This document shows, one piece after another, positions 48,211-53,502 of a DNA stretch of 53,502 nucleotides (its first letter is position 1; every line of letters begins with the position of its first letter). A model generated the notes under the pieces. It was given only the letters and a program-made list of their open reading frames with translations, ran no database searches and was not told the DNA's origin. Source of the stretch: a virus (taxonomy: Duplodnaviria; Caudoviricetes); the IMG/VR virus record IMGVR_UViG_3300029811_000124, positions 1 through 53,502 of that record. One strand, 5' to 3'. Position numbers and translations under genes: made by a program.

Positions 48211-48975
48211 TCACTTTACTATTCCATATGATAAATTTTTAACTTCTCCTCTTTTATAACTTTGTTCTACTATTATTACATTATTATTTCCCAATGAAAT
48301 AATATATGCTTCTTTAAAACCTCTACATAATTGTCTTAAAGATGGTCCTCTATCATATTCAGGTTCACCGTCAAATTTACCTATTCTTAATATTCCACAA
48401 GGTATTAATTTTTCTTTTATTAGAGTTACCATACCTTCACTCATTGTAGAAGTGGAAATTGCAACCATTCTATGGCAATTATCTCCTGCTCCTCTTTTAA
48501 GTCTAGTTATTTTTCTAATAATATTTTTCTTATCTTTTCCTAACATATAACAATAAGGATAAGCTTCATTATTTCTATGGTTATTCCAAAATTTAACTCT
48601 TAATTTACATATCTGATTATATATTTCTTTAGATATTAATACATCAGTATCGGGTTTTTTAATTTTCTTTTTTTGTTTTAATTTCTTTTTTGGAGAGAAT
48701 CTATTTATTTTTTCTAAACCTTTCACTGTTGTTATTATTGTTCTATTCCTACAATCTATTTCACAACTTACTAAACAATAAATATGTCCACGATGATTTA
48801 TTTTTTTGATTAATATTCCTTCTCTTCCTGTTCTGACAAAATTGTAAGCATACCATTTTGCTACTTCGGGATGTTTTTCTTCTATTTTTTTAATTTTATT
48901 CAGAAACCACTCTCCTATTACAGTTCTAATTTCAGAAGTATCAACGATTTTTACTTTATCTCCAAGTTTAATCAT
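48211..48975 (-). CDS. N-terminal SH3-like domain plus putative inactive MPN/JAB-like domain
   Basis: LGDKVKIVD; VLIS..IY..I ... CYMLG ... IPCGILRI ... AYIISL follows MPN spacing but lacks HxH. Confidence 0.4.
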   Translation of the reverse strand: MIKLGDKVKIVDTSEIRTVIGEWFLNKIKKIEEKHPEVAKWYAYNFVRTGREGILIKKINHRGHIYCLVSCEIDCRNRTIITTVKGLEKINRFSPKKKLKQKKKIKKPDTDVLISKEIYNQICKLRVKFWNNHRNNEAYPYCYMLGKDKKNIIRKITRLKRGAGDNCHRMVAISTSTMSEGMVTLIKEKLIPCGILRIGKFDGEPEYDRGPSLRQLCRGFKEAYIISLGNNNVIIVEQSYKRGEVKNLSYGIVK

Positions 48976-48985
48976 ATTACTCCTT

Positions 48986-49657
48986 TTATTTTGTATCCAT
49001 ATAAATCATATTAGTCAACCCAAATATCAATTCTTTAGGGAAGTTTCTTTCCTTCTTAACTATACTCTTTACTGCTCTACATATTAAACTTGAAATCATC
49101 ATTACACAGTAAATAATAGACCTCTCTGAACAAGGTAAATTCACAGGTTTTACTTCAAAAGTTTTTCCATAGAATTTTATTAACTTTCTATCTTTGGATT
49201 TTATTATGAAGATATGAGCCAATTCTCCCCCCATTCTTCCATCAATAAAATGTTTTGTTTTAGATTGTTTTAAGAATTGATTCCAAACTACCTTTCTAGA
49301 CTCTAAAGAATCTGTACAAGTTATCACCATTTCGCTTAACTTTTCTTTAGTGTAAAACTTTTTGTATATCTTTACCTTAGTGTCGGAGAAATCCTCTATT
49401 ATATCTTTCAACGCTTCAACTTTGAAACTGTCTAAATCTTTCTTCCTATAGAACTGGTTGGGTAAATTGTGTTCACTAACTCCATCTTCATCAAAGATTT
49501 CAATAGAACCAACTCCCATTTTAGCCAAACTTAAAGCAGTAAAACTACCAGTGGCTCCAGCTCCAATTATACTAACCTTTAAAGAAGATAATTTCCTCGA
49601 GTCAACAATCCCAGTTTGTCTATCGTATCTAATTCTTCCGTTTCTAATCCTTCGCAT
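48986..49657 (-). CDS. ThiF/E1-like activating enzyme
   Basis: RYDRQ, IIGAGATGS, FDEDGVSEHNLPNQ, K, CTDS..SR, IDGRMG, LPC. Confidence 0.93.
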   Translation of the reverse strand: MRRIRNGRIRYDRQTGIVDSRKLSSLKVSIIGAGATGSFTALSLAKMGVGSIEIFDEDGVSEHNLPNQFYRKKDLDSFKVEALKDIIEDFSDTKVKIYKKFYTKEKLSEMVITCTDSLESRKVVWNQFLKQSKTKHFIDGRMGGELAHIFIIKSKDRKLIKFYGKTFEVKPVNLPCSERSIIYCVMMISSLICRAVKSIVKKERNFPKELIFGLTNMIYMDTK

Positions 49658-50223
49658 ATCTCTACCCTCCTATTAAATCTTTCATATTCAACTTTTCTTT
49701 TTACTTCTCTATAACAATTTTCTTTTAATTTTCCTCTAATTGGTAAAACCTTTACTGGAATATCAGCTTGTTGACCTTTGTCATCAATTCTTCCTATCAT
49801 ATCTACATTTTTATTTATACATATAGACAATAAATAAGAATTTTCTGAATGTCTAGTAATATTATCTTCATCGGTTCCTGACCAATGAACTCCAAAGTCA
49901 TTATGAGAGTGCCACCATAGTTTCCATTTTCCTATATTTTCTCCTCTTCTAATTAACCTACCTAAAAATAAATGTAGAGTTTCTTCATCTAAAGATGTAT
50001 GAATTGATGTACACTTTTGTTTGAATATTTTAACATTAGTAACAATAATTCTATTACCTATCTTTTTTATCTTACCAAATCCTGAAATTTCTCCTCTAGC
50101 TTTTTGTGTATAATGAACCATTTTAGAATAAGCTAAATTTGATAATTCTAATTTTATATTTTTACCCCACCACTTCTCTAAAAGTAAATCTTCTGCTAAA
50201 TCCTCTTTAAAAAAATTCTTCAT
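49579..50223 (-). CDS. JAB/MPN+ metallopeptidase
   Basis: GEISGFG ... WWHSHNDFGVHWSGTD (E..HxH-x7-S-x2-D). Confidence 0.88.
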   Translation of the reverse strand: MKNFFKEDLAEDLLLEKWWGKNIKLELSNLAYSKMVHYTQKARGEISGFGKIKKIGNRIIVTNVKIFKQKCTSIHTSLDEETLHLFLGRLIRRGENIGKWKLWWHSHNDFGVHWSGTDEDNITRHSENSYLLSICINKNVDMIGRIDDKGQQADIPVKVLPIRGKLKENCYREVKRKVEYERFNRRVEICEGLETEELDTIDKLGLLTRGNYLL

Positions 50224-50235
50224 ATTATACCTCCT

Positions 50236-50439
50236 TCATATTTTAATTATTATATTATTATTCGGATTAGATATTCCTCTTAGTTTTAATTTATAATAAG
50301 TTTCTCCTAAAGAGTAACATGAGCCATTCCTGTCATTTTCCCAAGAATTATCGCTAACTACTGTTCCTGTAGAACCTTTACGTGCAAGCCCTGCGATTTG
50401 TTCTACAACTTTTATTTTATCACCTATTTTAAATTTCAT
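50236..50439 (-). CDS. NPN-tag family small protein
   Basis: FKIGDKIKV..GSTGTVV ... RGISNPNNNIIIKI. Confidence 0.75.
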   Translation of the reverse strand: MKFKIGDKIKVVEQIAGLARKGSTGTVVSDNSWENDRNGSCYSLGETYYKLKLRGISNPNNNIIIKI

Positions 50440-50445
50440 ATTGTT

Positions 50446-51087
50446 TTATATTAAAAAATCATTTACAATAAAATCAGTATCTCTTAATAGCACTCCTTTT
50501 TTTGCCCAGTTTTCTTTTAACTCTTTTAGTGGTAAATTAGGTAGTTCTTTTATTGCATCTTCTACCACTATAATTCTATAATTTCTTTTCTCCAATCCCA
50601 ATACAGCTAAGTTTACACACACATTTGTCGCAACTCCATAAACTATTACTATAGTTGGAGATAAGAATTCTAATATATTAGAAGTATGTTTATTTCCTTC
50701 AAATACATCAAATTTATCCTTTTGTATAATAATGTTTCTTGCTCTTTCTAATACAGAAAAGTTTATTTTTTCATTATTCCAACCACATATATAGTAGTTA
50801 TCACCATAATTACAATTAGGACAAGTTTCTGGTATAAATTCTGCACCATCAGTTCCTGCCATACAGTGAGGAGGGAATGTAGTTTTAAAATCAGGTTTAT
50901 CAGATATTTCTTCTGTATCTTTTCCGTGATAATCTGCCGTATTTACAACTATAATATTAAATTTCTTAGCGGCGTTGGTTAGTTTTTGTAAATTCTTTTT
51001 TATTAACTCTGCTCCTTCTACATATAACGCACCATCTTTGTTTATGAAATCTTTCTGTGAATCGACATTCCAAAATATTACTTTCAT
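50446..51087 (-). CDS. pncA: Nicotinamidase (cysteine hydrolase)
   Basis: VDSQKDFI..GALYV, T.D.H, FPPHCM.GT.GA, K, GVATNVCV, V.DAI. Confidence 0.85.
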   Translation of the reverse strand: MKVIFWNVDSQKDFINKDGALYVEGAELIKKNLQKLTNAAKKFNIIVVNTADYHGKDTEEISDKPDFKTTFPPHCMAGTDGAEFIPETCPNCNYGDNYYICGWNNEKINFSVLERARNIIIQKDKFDVFEGNKHTSNILEFLSPTIVIVYGVATNVCVNLAVLGLEKRNYRIIVVEDAIKELPNLPLKELKENWAKKGVLLRDTDFIVNDFLI

Positions 51088-52179
51088 ATTACCTCCTTTT
51101 TAATATCTATTTTTAGTGTTGCTCGCCTTCTGGGTATCTTGTAGATATCTTTTGCTCTATTTTTATATTCATATCATTGGTTGTTTTGCCACAACTTTTA
51201 CATTTTTGATTTGGTATTACATTATCCCAATAGTTTCTATCATCATATGCACCATAGTTGGTTTTATGATTACCACAATTTTCACATTCTAAATCACAGA
51301 CACAGTCCCTTCTAAGTTGATTATAAATTTTTAATACTTTCATCTTTCCCTCCTTGTTAATTATATTTAAATCTCTAAATTAGCCCCTTTTATTATAACT
51401 GTATTTGCTAAATCCATTCCAGTTTTCAAATCAATTCCATTATTTTTATCATAGTAAGAAACATTTTTTATTTCCAGAGGATAACTATCTGTATCATATT
51501 GTAATTTTACTTTACAATTTCCTGGAATTTCCTTTAATACCTTTACTAAATCTTTAACAAGCATATTACCTCCCTATTCTTTTATATTATTCTCTATACA
51601 TTTTAACAAATCCTACAATTAAAACAATACAAGATATTAGAAACCATAGATAATTTGTTAGAGTAAAAGGTATGTTATTAATGTCCATAAATTTTCCTAA
51701 ACTCACTCCTCCTATAAATATTAAAATAAAAGCAAAAACCATATTATACCTCCTTTCTTTTTTATATTATTCCTTTTGTTAATTTTTTCTTATTTGTAAT
51801 TGGTGTATATCCAATTAGCATTAATATTAGTTGAGTTAGTTGGTCTGGTTTCTTTTTAGGTTGTTTTCTTTTCATACTACTCCTTTATACATCCATATCT
51901 GCTACTGGATACATGTGCACGTTATTTATTATCTCTTCCCATCTACTTCTATCTTCTACTACCTCAATTTCTTTAGCACCACCACTGCAATCATGAAAAG
52001 TATAATAGTCTTGGTCTTCAAATATTATAAAAGTTTTGCCATCATCAAACATTATATATCTAGCTTCAAAGTTTTTCTTTCTTTTGGAGAGAACCTTACT
52101 GTAAGAGTAATCTCTTTCACCCCTAATCTCTAATATTCTCATTCCTTTTAATGAATGTATTCCTATCATACTACCTCCT

Positions 52180-52521
52180 TTATACCAAACAATAAATAAT
52201 TTTCATTCCAATATGTAATCCCTGATCTACATTAGGATTATAAACGTTTTCAGATTTAAAATAATCAATTATCCAATGAGATATAGTTTCTATCAAACCT
52301 AAGTAAATATTATTAGTTATTAAATATACTATACCTCCGTGTATTAAAGAGTGGTGGCTGAGCCACATCCACCACAACCTCATAGGTTTCTGTCCTTTAG
52401 GCACTTTAGACATATCAATAGGTGTGCTCCTTCTTTTCCCTCTGGACATTTCACCAGGTTGTAAAGCACCATCTGCTAAAGAGTGTCCGCATATTAGTAA
52501 GAATAATAATTGTAAATTCAT
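52180..52521 (-). CDS. DUF3307-like membrane protein
   Basis: H.LAD..LQ, HSLIH, HWIID..K, DQ.LH. Confidence 0.8.
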   Translation of the reverse strand: MNLQLLFLLICGHSLADGALQPGEMSRGKRRSTPIDMSKVPKGQKPMRLWWMWLSHHSLIHGGIVYLITNNIYLGLIETISHWIIDYFKSENVYNPNVDQGLHIGMKIIYCLV

Positions 52522-53345
52522 TATCTCCCTATTGTAGGAGGGGTTGGCTTCCTACTTGATTTTTGTGGTTTTGTGATTCCTGGTATATATAATTTTTTAG
52601 TGATAGAATTTTTAATCATTTTAGGTCTTTCTGTTTTAAATTTATTTTTCTCTACTCTTTCCGTTATTAATGTTACTATATGGTTTGGTATTTCTCCCCT
52701 AACATTATCATACCAAACTTTAAGACAATTATCTATTTCTTTATATGTAATTCCCAATTCCTTCTCATCTGTCTGCCCTTCCCATAGTCCTGCACTGGGT
52801 GGTTTATTTATTATCTCTTTAGGAATATTTAAATACTTAGCCAACTTAAATACTTCTGTTTTATATAGGTGTCCAATTGGTTCTAAAGCACAAGCTCCAT
52901 CACCGTGCAGAGTATAATATCCTAACATTAACTCTGTTTTGTTTCCAGTTCCTACTACTAAGGCATTAAAAAGATTTGAATAATCATATAAATATATCAT
53001 TCTAATTCTAGCTTTTATATTTCCCAATCTGTTGTTTTCTTTGAATTTATTATGACAAAAACATTCTCCATATAGTTCATCAACATTTTTCTTTATATCA
53101 GTATAATGATTTTCTAGATGTAACCAATCTATAAGAATATCACAATCTTTTAAATCATGTTGTTCTCCATAAGGTAATAAAATTCCTTCTACATTATCTC
53201 TCTCCAAACTTCTACATAATAAAGTAGCCACAACTGCTGAATCCAATCCTCCAGATATACCAATGACCGCTTTAGAAAATCCCTTCTCTTTAAATGTTTT
53301 AGATATAAACTCTTCAATTTTTTCTGTTTCTTTTTTACAATTCAT
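52521..53345 (-). CDS. nadE: NH3-dependent NAD+ synthetase
   Basis: GISGGLDSAV, GNIKARIRM, GTGNKTE..GY.T.HGD, LYKTEV, PSAGLWEGQTDEKELG. Confidence 0.95.
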   Translation of the reverse strand: MNCKKETEKIEEFISKTFKEKGFSKAVIGISGGLDSAVVATLLCRSLERDNVEGILLPYGEQHDLKDCDILIDWLHLENHYTDIKKNVDELYGECFCHNKFKENNRLGNIKARIRMIYLYDYSNLFNALVVGTGNKTELMLGYYTLHGDGACALEPIGHLYKTEVFKLAKYLNIPKEIINKPPSAGLWEGQTDEKELGITYKEIDNCLKVWYDNVRGEIPNHIVTLITERVEKNKFKTERPKMIKNSITKKLYIPGITKPQKSSRKPTPPTIGR

Positions 53346-53500
53346 TTTATCTCCTTATATAAACCCTGTTTTAAAATATAACTTTCTACTTCAAAAGGTA
53401 CATAACCTGTTATAGGATCTTCTCTTTTAACCATTTGTCTAATTAAAGTTGACCTAATATAATTCTTTTTTTTCATAAAATCATATCCTGCGAATTTAAC
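53342..53500 (-). CDS. nadD: C-terminal fragment of nicotinate-nucleotide adenylyltransferase (truncated by window edge, not in ORF track)
   Basis: Manual translation ...YIRSTLIRQMVKREDPITGYVPFEVESYILKQGLYKEIK* matches the NadD ISST.IR...VP..V..YI...GLY tail; its stop overlaps the nadE ATG. Confidence 0.75.
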   Translation of the reverse strand, partial: VKFAGYDFMKKKNYIRSTLIRQMVKREDPITGYVPFEVESYILKQGLYKEIK

Positions 53501-53502
53501 TG

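Noticed and set aside
37952-50439. NPN-tag repeats as a CRISPR array or DGR variable repeats
   Set aside because: Repeats are degenerate, irregularly spaced and in frame within ORFs; no cas or reverse transcriptase gene, and no adenine-specific template/variable pair seen
310-52917. All plus-strand ORFs in the six-frame track
   Set aside because: They are antisense shadows of minus-strand genes, F/L/S/I-rich, without RBSs or recognisable motifs
1-53502. Stop-codon reassignment and tRNA genes
   Set aside because: Long conserved genes translate intact in code 11 and end in TAA, TAG or TGA; no cloverleaf was found by eye (tRNAscan not run)

Overview
Very AT-rich, gene-dense window in which essentially all credible genes lie on the minus strand with strong GGAGG-type RBSs. 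The content fits a large lytic dsDNA virus/phage, probably of an anaerobic prokaryote: B12-dependent RNR and B12-radical SAM enzymes are present, and a sigma-70-like factor plus bacterial-type RecA point to a bacterial host. From left to right: (i) a glycosylation/sugar-modification cluster (class III aminotransferase, GT2, B12-radical SAM with an HNH intein, VOC protein, NDP-sugar transferase, MAF/MptE-like) plus Pth2 and MT-A70; (ii) a replication, recombination and nucleotide-metabolism block (Rad50/Mre11, homing endonucleases, MazG, exonuclease, class II RNR, PolB, dCMP deaminase, RecA, NinG, primase-helicase with intein, 5'-3' nuclease, clamp and clamp loader, sigma-like factor); (iii) an accessory region (~38-50.5 kb) where 14 small, variable SH3/KOW-like proteins all end in a shared C-terminal tag (consensus NPNxxIIxK). 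The tag is also appended to the primase-helicase. These genes are interleaved with a tyrosine recombinase, an ATP-grasp/amidoligase/GATase peptide-ligase set, a solo RuvB and a ubiquitin-like operon (Ubl-GG, degenerate MPN, ThiF/E1, JAB); (iv) a PncA/NadE/NadD NAD+ salvage set. Non-coding highlights: a ~260 nt structured RNA candidate behind a DIP1984-like gene, a 52-bp element repeated in inverted orientation 39 kb apart, and a displaced duplicate of the mazG 3' end behind a GIY-YIG endonuclease. All calls come from motif recognition by eye; no database searches were run.
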